From Patescibacteria group bacterium (GTDB lineage: Bacteria; Patescibacteriota; Minisyncoccia; UBA6257; 2-01-FULL-56-20): a DNA stretch of 46,768 nucleotides. The notes under the pieces are model-generated. The model was not told the origin of the DNA, did not search any database, and was given only the letters and a program-made list of their open reading frames with translations. This document shows positions 36,664-43,773 of the stretch, in pieces; the first letter of the stretch is position 1; the number at the start of each line of letters is the position of its first letter. The stretch covers positions 1 to 46,768 of the forward strand of contig JBBUBW010000044.1 of NCBI GenBank assembly GCA_038058095.1. The letters are read 5' to 3'. Position numbers and translations under genes: made by a program.

Positions 36664-36855
36664 TCAAAACATTAGCCCTAACTTCTTAAACAAACGCTCT
36701 TGAGAAACTACTTTCTTGTTTTTTATATCTTTCCGCCTTTCCCTTATATCTGCCACCTCTTCCAAATAAGCCAAAAACGCCCGAAATCTCGAATCGAGTT
36801 TTTTAAGCCGCAGATATTCTTCTTTTGGAATAGTCACTGTCGCCATTACTGTCAT
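36664..36855 (-). CDS. Small hypothetical protein (63 aa)
   Basis: ORF lying just upstream of the coiled-coil ORF. I recognise no motif. Confidence 0.4.
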   Translation of the reverse strand: MTVMATVTIPKEEYLRLKKLDSRFRAFLAYLEEVADIRERRKDIKNKKVVSQERLFKKLGLMF

Positions 36856-36900
36856 AATAGCAAAATCATGAAATCGGTCAAATTAAAAGCAACCCCCGAC

Positions 36901-37683
36901 TTACACCTTATCCCCCTTCTTTTGCAGCTTTTTTTCTAAAACCACTACCTTGCCCATCTCAGATTGAAAATCCCAACCAAATTTCTCTAGTCCAAAAAGC
37001 ATCGCATTACCTTCAGAAATTTTTTTAGGATCACTAGACACTTCTAGCGCGCTTATAACTTCCATCAGCAAATCTTTATAACCTTCTATCACCTCCGTTC
37101 CTGAAGCTTCCTCAAACTCACCCGCTAAGTCAAAAATGTTTTGTATGCTTTGGTATTCCATTCCCGAATCTAAAATCGCCCGCAAGAAAATACCCCTCAT
37201 TACCCGCCCATCTCTCGGCTCGAACGATACCTTTTCTCCTTTTTTATCAGGCCAACCCGGCTTCTTCTGCTTTTGGGCTAATGCTTCTTCAACTCGTTGT
37301 CTAATCTCGCTAGCCATCCGCGAGTTCCTCCTAAAATCAGCAAAGCCTTCGGCAAACTCAAGCTCATTCTCTTCGTGCCCCATACCTTGAACTTCCCCCT
37401 TCAAAAACTGAGCGGCATTCTCAACTGTATCCACCCTCGGTTCAATTGTCATATCTTCGACTAATTTCTCCTTCATCGCGTCAATCATCCCCTCGTAAGG
37501 TACCGCATCCGGCCGTTTATATTTTTCCCGATCTGCGGGAGAAAGATTTTTAAACACGAAATTGCGCGCTACTCGAGAATCAGCAAAAATATCATCTACA
37601 ACATTTCCTATCATTTGCTTAGCGCGAGTTCCCGGACTATCCTCCACCTCAGCGCTATTAACTTTTGGCATCTCAAAACTCAT
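36901..37683 (-). CDS. Hypothetical acidic protein (260 aa from the second ATG)
   Basis: Long ORF. The first ATG (37701) lies inside the predicted promoter, so the second ATG is preferred. Confidence 0.5.
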   Translation of the reverse strand: MSFEMPKVNSAEVEDSPGTRAKQMIGNVVDDIFADSRVARNFVFKNLSPADREKYKRPDAVPYEGMIDAMKEKLVEDMTIEPRVDTVENAAQFLKGEVQGMGHEENELEFAEGFADFRRNSRMASEIRQRVEEALAQKQKKPGWPDKKGEKVSFEPRDGRVMRGIFLRAILDSGMEYQSIQNIFDLAGEFEEASGTEVIEGYKDLLMEVISALEVSSDPKKISEGNAMLFGLEKFGWDFQSEMGKVVVLEKKLQKKGDKV

Positions 37684-37690
37684 GTTTTTT

Positions 37691-37724
37691 ATTTTAAGCA
37701 TAACCCCCCCCTAGCAAAAATCAA
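37691..37724 (-). promoter_or_regulatory. Promoter-like element TTGATT-N-G8-TTATGCTTAAAAT upstream of the 260-aa ORF
   Basis: Minus strand reads CTTGATTTTTGCTAGGGGGGGGTTATGCTTAAAAT. C8 lies at 37704-37711 on the plus strand. Confidence 0.4.
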
Positions 37725-37739
37725 GTATTTCAAGCATTG

Positions 37740-38207
37740 CTACTCACCCGCAAATTCCACCACATCTCCAACTTTGAATCCATATTTCGCTACTGCTCCG
37801 GTATTCAGTTCCAAAACCTTATCCGCTTCTTCTGGTGGATAATAAGTCGTGAGTCCGAAAATAGTTTTCGTTGGCTCTGGTTGAGCGTTTTCCTGAAACC
37901 CAACAATTTTATTTCCCGAAATCCAAACTATATCAATCGCAAATTTCATATCTTTCATCCAAAAACCATATTTTCCAAAACCATCAAAAATAAAAAACAT
38001 GCCCATGCCTTCCTCTAATTTCTCCCGCCCCGAAAGTCCTTGCGCTCGCGACATCATATCCTTCGCCACTTCAACTTTAAAAACCTGCTCGCCAATCTTA
38101 ACCTCGCCCGTTGGTAAAGTTCCCTTCCGAGCGAAACCAAAAAATATCCCGCCGGCAACAATCAAAACCAAAATTGTAATAATCGCGAAAATCAATTTCT
38201 TATTCAT
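37740..38207 (-). CDS. DUF192-family protein with N-terminal TM anchor
   Basis: GLSGRE..L....GMLF-type core (RAQGLSGREKLEEGMGMFFIF), MKDMKFAIDIVWI. Confidence 0.75.
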   Translation of the reverse strand: MNKKLIFAIITILVLIVAGGIFFGFARKGTLPTGEVKIGEQVFKVEVAKDMMSRAQGLSGREKLEEGMGMFFIFDGFGKYGFWMKDMKFAIDIVWISGNKIVGFQENAQPEPTKTIFGLTTYYPPEEADKVLELNTGAVAKYGFKVGDVVEFAGE

Positions 38208-38305
38208 TATGTCCTACCATTATATAATACACCACAATTCCTGTCGCCACCGAAAATCACTAAAACCAAAATTGTGATAATCGCGATAATTAATTTTTTA
38301 CCCAT
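38208..38305 (-). pseudogene. Chimeric gene fragment: 5' end of the DUF192 gene fused to a copy of the 3' end of trmH
   Basis: 38262-38305 matches 38165-38207 (ATG..AAATT.ATT.TCGCGATTAT.ACAATTTTGGTTTT). 38240-38266 matches the trmH 3' end at 39403-39430 (TTCGGTGGCGACAGG.ATTGTG). Confidence 0.65.
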
Positions 38306-38350
38306 CGAACCATAAAAGAATTATATGGAAAAACGTGATATAATGAAAAC

Positions 38351-39223
38351 GTGATCCGAAAACGACTATCGGAACTAAAAAAACTGCGGCTAATCATTTT
38401 AATTCTTGTTGCCCTAATTGTTATCTTAATAGTCGCGAATACTTTTGTCATTTATATCGCCTTAGTTTTCGAGAGAACCTTAAAAACAGTTCGCCCTCCG
38501 AGGGTGATTCTAGTACCACCCACCCCGTCAATCTCTACCACTCCCCCCACCCAAGACACCAGCCCAAAAACTTCTTCCACCGATAATCTGCCTCCGAAAA
38601 CTCGAGACGATCCCATTCAACCCGAAATTTATTCCCCTCTCATCGCCACCACCACGCCCATTACAACGGATATCCAGTTAGGCGGGGGAGGCGACTACTC
38701 CATAAAATTCAGCGGCGAAATCTCCCGAGGCCGTTTCTTGGAAAAAGATATAGGTTATAATCTAGTCTTTCGTCTTGCGCCTCAAAACTACTACGAGGAG
38801 AATATTGCTCCAGTCGACGGCAAGCCCGTGTCTATGGGCTGGCGTTTGTTGATCGTAAATAAATCAAAGCCCAATCAAGATTTCGCCGCCCTCGCCACAC
38901 CTCCCTACTACGGAATAAACCCACTCGACATCGTAGGTTGGCATTTTCGGAACCCTGATAACACCGGCCCCAACAACGGTAGCGTGAATGCCCCGCAGGA
39001 AGTAAGGGAATTTAACTTCTTCACCAGTGAAGTTCTATACGAACAAGCCTACGCCCTCTACGACGAAAATAATACGGAAGAACTACTTAAACTCATCAAC
39101 AATAGCGCGAGTAAAGGCCGCTTTACCATCACCGACCTCAAACTCGACAACCTAAAACCTGGAGAGCAATCCTGGATTGAATATATAAAATTCGACGTTG
39201 AACTCCACTTACCCTACAACTAG
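38351..39223 (+). CDS. Hypothetical membrane-anchored protein (290 aa), GTG start
   Basis: TM helix LIILILVALIVILIVANTFVIYIALVF, a P/T-rich linker and a globular C-terminal part. An extended -10 TGaTATAAT (38336-38344) lies 6 nt upstream. Confidence 0.6.
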   Translation: MIRKRLSELKKLRLIILILVALIVILIVANTFVIYIALVFERTLKTVRPPRVILVPPTPSISTTPPTQDTSPKTSSTDNLPPKTRDDPIQPEIYSPLIATTTPITTDIQLGGGGDYSIKFSGEISRGRFLEKDIGYNLVFRLAPQNYYEENIAPVDGKPVSMGWRLLIVNKSKPNQDFAALATPPYYGINPLDIVGWHFRNPDNTGPNNGSVNAPQEVREFNFFTSEVLYEQAYALYDENNTEELLKLINNSASKGRFTITDLKLDNLKPGEQSWIEYIKFDVELHLPYN

Positions 39224-39371
39224 ATAGTATGGCTAATTCACAAACAGAAGTTCAGCTTAGTACTAGATGATACGCTGCGTAGTGAAAAATCGGCCGTTAG
39301 CAATTTACTAAATAGGGCTACAAAAATAAGTTTAATCAACACAATAACAATAGGCGTCAAGACAAAACCTC

Positions 39372-39893
39372 TCAAAAACTAAGTCTAGTTTCTACTACTC
39401 GGTATATCACAATCCCTGTCGCCACCGAAACATTCAAGGATTCTTTCCTACCTCGCATTGGAATTTCCAAAATCTTATCCGCTTTATCCAAAACCGACTT
39501 CGGTAAACCTTTCGTCTCTTCTCCAAAAACAAGGGCAAGATTTTTATTTTTTGCCGGATGATATTTAAAATACGGAATCGATTTTTTATCTTGCTCCACC
39601 GCCAAGATCTCATAACTGCCGCCAGCCAGCGTCCGTCCGTTGGCGTCCGCCCGCTGGCGGATCAATTTTTTATAAACCGCCCCGAAATTTTTAAAATATT
39701 CCCACGCCATCGTCCTCTCCGCTCCAAGCGCCACTTTTGAAAAATCTGCCCGAAATTTCCCAAATCGGTCTAGTGGTGTCGGCGTCACCCCAACCAGATA
39801 AATCTTTGAGGCGCCAGCGGCATCACAAGTGCGGAAAACCGACCCGACATTATATACGCTCCGAACATTATTTAAAACCACAACGATTTCCAT
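39372..39893 (-). CDS. SpoU/TrmH-family RNA 2'-O-methyltransferase
   Basis: NVGSVFRTCDAAG, LVFGEETKGL and ESLNVSVATGIVIY motifs. The start is trimmed to MEIVVVLNN. Confidence 0.8.
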   Translation of the reverse strand: MEIVVVLNNVRSVYNVGSVFRTCDAAGASKIYLVGVTPTPLDRFGKFRADFSKVALGAERTMAWEYFKNFGAVYKKLIRQRADANGRTLAGGSYEILAVEQDKKSIPYFKYHPAKNKNLALVFGEETKGLPKSVLDKADKILEIPMRGRKESLNVSVATGIVIYRVVETRLSF

Positions 39894-39903
39894 AAAAATA
39901 AAA

Positions 39904-39945
39904 TTACAACATTCTAATATTCTGCAGAATATTAGAATGTTGTAA
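39904..39945. repeat. Perfect 42-bp palindrome centred on CTGCAG
   Basis: TTACAACATTCTAATATTCTG|CAGAATATTAGAATGTTGTAA. On the minus strand it is followed by TTTTATTTTT. Confidence 0.9.
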
Positions 39946-39996
39946 AAATCCCACGAAGTTGCGCAAACCAACCACAAACTCTTCCATATCTCAACT

Positions 39997-40617
39997 TCAA
40001 CTCAAGCTAAATTCCTTAAGCTTTTCTCTTATAGCCTTGTCAGATACCTCGCATCCAAGCATATAATCCAGCGGCTCGCGATAATCAATGCCCTCAAAAT
40101 AGGCAAGCTGTGAACGGAACAACTTCTCATTAAACTCGTTTCCAAAAACTTCAGCCGTCCGGTCAGCAATCTGGCGAAGAGAATGGTAATCGCGTAATAT
40201 AAAAAAGAGGTCAACGTAGTCTTTCCATTTTGCCCGCTGACCAAGCGCGTACGCCTTCATCGCGGAAAGCGTAATCAAATCGGGCATCTTAATAAATTCA
40301 CGGTATTTCTCGGCGTAAGGAATTTCGTGCGGATAGTGAAAGAATGTCCATTTTACGCCGCGCACCAAGAGCGTGTACTGACCTTTTTCATTCCACAACT
40401 CTTTATCGATAGGTGAAAAATCCGCGATCGTTTTCCTAATCCGGATGTTTAAAAAAGGCTTTGTAGAAAAAAGATCAAAATCAATCGAACGCCGGTGGCC
40501 GATATGAAGAGCAACAGCAGTTCCACCTACCAAACTAAATGATCGAGAAAATTTTTTCAGTAATGGAAGCTGACTCCGCTGGACATTAGTTAGTATTTCA
40601 TCGTGCATACTTATCAA
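39997..40617 (-). CDS. AbiEii/DUF1814-like nucleotidyltransferase (putative toxin of an NTase-type TA pair)
   Basis: LVGGTAVALHIGHRRSIDFDLF motif. Confidence 0.65.
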   Translation of the reverse strand: MISMHDEILTNVQRSQLPLLKKFSRSFSLVGGTAVALHIGHRRSIDFDLFSTKPFLNIRIRKTIADFSPIDKELWNEKGQYTLLVRGVKWTFFHYPHEIPYAEKYREFIKMPDLITLSAMKAYALGQRAKWKDYVDLFFILRDYHSLRQIADRTAEVFGNEFNEKLFRSQLAYFEGIDYREPLDYMLGCEVSDKAIREKLKEFSLS

Positions 40618-40855
40618 AGTAAAGCCGAAAATAGTTGCGAATCTGCGGAAAGTAATTTGTTCGATCTCGAAATGCGTGGATGTTAAATATCTTAGCTACT
40701 CTTTTTATACCCATGATTTTAAAGAGCTCTTGCACATCCTCCCAATCACCGTAATTCAAAACTGCTTCCACTAAAGAAACGTCTCCCAGTTTATCGTAGT
40801 CTCTCGTGTACCAAACGAGATGCTTACGCCGAACGAGCTCTTGCGCGGGATTCAT
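40598..40855 (-). CDS. Small partner protein (85 aa) overlapping the NTase gene by 20 nt; putative antitoxin
   Basis: Translationally coupled to the NTase gene. Preceded by GTTTGTGGTATAAT with only 6 nt to the ATG. Confidence 0.5.
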   Translation of the reverse strand: MNPAQELVRRKHLVWYTRDYDKLGDVSLVEAVLNYGDWEDVQELFKIMGIKRVAKIFNIHAFRDRTNYFPQIRNYFRLYFDKYAR

Positions 40856-40975
40856 GCTTTAATTATACCACAAACTCAACCCCTAACCAACTCTCTCGAC
40901 CGAAAAACTAACCTGACGTTACAAGCACTCCTTGCGTTGTGCAAAATCAGAACTATTTCCATAAAGCCACTACAA

Positions 40976-41004
40976 CAAAAAACTCCCAGCCGAAAAGGCG
41001 GGAG
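40976..41004 (-). terminator. Rho-independent terminator immediately 3' of the DGR template repeat
   Basis: Minus strand: CTCCCGCC-ttttc-GGCTGGGAG followed by TTTTTTG. Confidence 0.7.
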
Positions 41005-41013
41005 AAATAAAAA

Positions 41014-41142
41014 GATTTGCGGAAGACGAACTCGTACTCAGGATTCCACTTGTTCGTAGGATTCGCCCAGTTGTCGTTAAGCCACAGACCGCCCTCGTTG
41101 CGTTCCAGCTTGAAGACGTTCGGATTGCCGGAAGAGTCGTTT
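41014..41142 (-). repeat. DGR template repeat (TR), adenine-rich copy
   Basis: Gap-free match to 41540-41668. All 18 mismatches are A in this copy on the minus strand. It is rich in AAC/AAT codons. Confidence 0.85.
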
Positions 41143-41433
41143 CTGTACGCTCGCCCGCCAAAGCCACCGGAGAGCGTGATTCGCGAAAATCTTCTCCCCT
41201 GAATTTTATTCGGTATCTCGCCCAAAACGGAAAAATCCGCTTGAACTTATACCCTAGGCGCGCGCACCAAGTATTTTTATTTTTTAGTTTTCGACACCCC
41301 TTGCTTCACGCCCGGTCTTTAAAATTCCAAGACCGGGAAGAGCAAAGTTTTTCACACGCGAGCCGTAAAACTGGATTCGGTAGCCGGAAGCCGTAACCGC
41401 CAGCGTATTCACCTAGTACCAAAAACATTGTAT

Positions 41434-41471
41434 CAAAAAAACGACGGCCTCGCACTTTTACGTGCGAGGCC
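41434..41471 (-). terminator. GC-rich hairpin plus U-tract after the DGR target gene
   Basis: GGCCTCGCAC-6 nt-GTGCGAGGCC followed by GTCGTTTTTTT on the minus strand. Confidence 0.8.
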
Positions 41472-41499
41472 TTAAAACAAAGTTCCAAGGGTCAAAGAA

Positions 41500-43434
41500 T
41501 CAACTGCCCGTCCTTTGTCGCTCACGCTCCAAAGAACGGGACTTGCGGAAGACGAACTCGTACTCAGGATCCCACTTGAACGCAGGATCCGCCCAGTAGC
41601 CGCCAAGCCACAGACCGCCCTCGCCGCGCTCCAGCTTGAAGACGTACGGATTGCCGGAAGAGCCGCAAATTTGCTTCATACCTATATATATCCACTCATC
41701 CATTGGCTGATCTGTGTATTTGAGACGATAACGCGGTCCGGCTTCAGCCGGGCAAAGTTCAAGGCCCAGCTCGTGAGCTCGTTCGTATGTTTGCTCGGTA
41801 GTTGCGGAATGAGCAAAACCTAAATCCGCTACCGTAAGGCGAACCAACGCCTCTTCTTCGACACTTTTTTGGGTTTCAAATTCTCGGCTCTCGAGCATAT
41901 CTTTGGCATAACTTGATATTTTTATTCCCGCCGCCCTTAACTCATCCATCAGTTCTTCGGCTGTCTTACCTCCAATTTCAACTTTTTCCTGCCGAATTTT
42001 CCTTTCCGGAAATTTAGTGTAAATGTGCTCCAGATTTTCCGGCAACTTATCAAAAATCCCCGGCTCCAGTCTTCCGACATAAGCTTTAGTCTTTTCTTTG
42101 ATATCGTCCGGAGTTCGCGCGATCTCGTCGGGGTCGCACCCAAACACAATCGGCATATCTGCTTCCGGATTACGCCCCGCGCGGAGTTCGGCAATCCTCG
42201 GATCTCTTTGATATCCAAACCCCTCAATCGCGCTATTAATTTCATATAAGAAAATTAAGTCGTCTTTCACAAGCGCTTCGCCCCGCGCCGTCTTTTTTTC
42301 AATCGCCGTCAAAATTTTCATATCGGCGGACTTTTTGCGATAGTTTTCCGCTCCCGGGAGCTCCCTCATCTTCGCTTCGGCGATTTCCGTCATATTTCCT
42401 TCAAGGTTTTGCTGATTATCTTCCACCCCCCTTACTTCGCCTATATTTTCCCCCTGCATCCGGATTGCAATTCTTGGAATAGTCGGCTTGCCTTGCCGGT
42501 CAAGAGTGTAATAAACATAAAAATCTCCGCCGTTAAGTTGGGTCTCGGCAGTGGCAAATCCTTTCGTGCACCAAGCCGTGCCTTTGTTTTGAAGCGAAGC
42601 CCAGAGCGCCGTCGGGTCCGTTCCTTTCTCATACCTCACCCACTTGCCTCTCGTCTCCTCTCGCATCTCCGGCGTAACCTCTCCGGCTTGTCTGATGCCT
42701 TCAACGTATTGTCTAGCGAAAGAAAGTTTGGCGAAGTTCGCCGCCTTTTCTTTGGTAATAAGCTGGTCGAGAGGAGCGCCGGCTTCTCCTTGCGCCGCTC
42801 TTAAACGCTCAAGCATCGCCGGGTCCTTACTGGCTTCGATTATTTGTTCAACATAAGCCAAAGCTCCTCGATCTATATCTGGAAAAAGCCGCGTGCTCCC
42901 CGGCGAACGTTTAGTGAATTCACCTTTATCTTTATCGTAATCGCCAAGCCCAAGCACATTGCGGAAAGCGTAGTAGCGAAACCAAGTCGGATAAGGTTCG
43001 TTTAAGTCGGAAAGGTATGATATCCAGTTATCTAAAGATTTTTCCAAATCTTGGACGGCAATCTCGCCTCTTTGCTCCAGCTCTTCTTCTCCGTAATGCG
43101 CCTCAACGCCCATCTCTCGCGCCGCCCGTTCTTCCACTCTCGCCGCTCCTTCAGCCATCTTGTCTTTATTCGGCCGCACGTATTTCTCCATCACCATCTC
43201 TCGAAGCAACGAAAGGGCGCGCGGGCGTGATTCTACGCCGAACATTTTTCTCTGCTGTTCTTTATTGGGATCAAGTGCCAAACGCTCTAGGCGATCAAGG
43301 TAATTTTGAATCCTCTCTTCTGGATCTTGGGGTATCTTTTCGCCCGTCCGTTTTTCGGTTCTTTTCGCAGCCGATTCTACCTCTTCGGCATTATGGAGGT
43401 CGTATTTCTGTTTCAAAAACTCCGGGTTCTCCAT
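41500..43434 (-). CDS. DGR target (variable) protein, 644 aa, with no signal peptide
   Basis: Long ORF whose last ~55 codons contain the VR (…SSGNPYVFKLERGEGGLWLGGYWADPAFKWDPEYEFVFRKS…). Confidence 0.8.
   Translation of the reverse strand: MENPEFLKQKYDLHNAEEVESAAKRTEKRTGEKIPQDPEERIQNYLDRLERLALDPNKEQQRKMFGVESRPRALSLLREMVMEKYVRPNKDKMAEGAARVEERAAREMGVEAHYGEEELEQRGEIAVQDLEKSLDNWISYLSDLNEPYPTWFRYYAFRNVLGLGDYDKDKGEFTKRSPGSTRLFPDIDRGALAYVEQIIEASKDPAMLERLRAAQGEAGAPLDQLITKEKAANFAKLSFARQYVEGIRQAGEVTPEMREETRGKWVRYEKGTDPTALWASLQNKGTAWCTKGFATAETQLNGGDFYVYYTLDRQGKPTIPRIAIRMQGENIGEVRGVEDNQQNLEGNMTEIAEAKMRELPGAENYRKKSADMKILTAIEKKTARGEALVKDDLIFLYEINSAIEGFGYQRDPRIAELRAGRNPEADMPIVFGCDPDEIARTPDDIKEKTKAYVGRLEPGIFDKLPENLEHIYTKFPERKIRQEKVEIGGKTAEELMDELRAAGIKISSYAKDMLESREFETQKSVEEEALVRLTVADLGFAHSATTEQTYERAHELGLELCPAEAGPRYRLKYTDQPMDEWIYIGMKQICGSSGNPYVFKLERGEGGLWLGGYWADPAFKWDPEYEFVFRKSRSLERERQRTGS
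41540..41668 (-). repeat. DGR variable repeat (VR) at the 3' end of the 644-aa ORF
   Basis: Counterpart of the TR. It carries G (12 sites) or T (6 sites) wherever the TR has a mismatching A. Confidence 0.85.
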
Positions 43435-43530
43435 GTGGATATACTAACCCAAAAATGAAAGATATTCCAAGTAGAAATACTGCTAAAAATATTCCTACGA
43501 TTACTCAAATAATCTGTATATCCGAAGTCG

Positions 43531-43590
43531 TCTGCCCGCCCCGTACTGAAATTTAGATCTCTTAGAGCTTTAGCTCTCCAAATTTCTAGT
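43531..43590. repeat. Direct repeat copy 1 (~60 nt, internally hairpin-forming); copy 2 at 43692-43753
   Basis: Both copies start with TCTGCCCGCCCCGTACTGAAATTT and end with CCAAATTTCTAGT. Confidence 0.8.
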
Positions 43591-43620
43591 TTCTATTTTC
43601 ATAATTGTATTGCTCATGAG

Positions 43621-43642
43621 ATACTATGACGCGTCATAGTAT
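43621..43642. repeat. Perfect 22-bp palindrome ATACTATGACG|CGTCATAGTAT between the two direct repeats
   Basis: Read directly. It lies about 190 nt upstream of the DGR target gene start. Confidence 0.9.
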
Positions 43643-43773
43643 TCTTATCTCTTCTAAAGGATTTTAATTTTTATTTGTATATTCGTACTTATCTGCCCGC
43701 CCCGTACTGAAATTTGGATATCCCAAAGAGTTTAGCTTTTCCAAATTTCTAGTATCGGGGTATTCTGGTAGCA

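Noticed and set aside
40953-41225. 90-aa ORF resembling the C-terminus of the 644-aa protein
   Set aside because: It is reinterpreted as the DGR template repeat. The similarity is at nucleotide level with adenine-only differences. The ORF has no plausible start context and reads through a terminator hairpin.
41306-41488. 60-aa ORF in the VR-TR spacer as a possible avd accessory gene
   Set aside because: It overlaps the target-gene terminator hairpin, is too short, has no helical-bundle-like sequence, and lacks a start context.
43531-43753. CRISPR array
   Set aside because: There are only two repeat copies, about 60 nt long with internal hairpins, separated by about 100 nt containing a palindrome. 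No cas genes are present.
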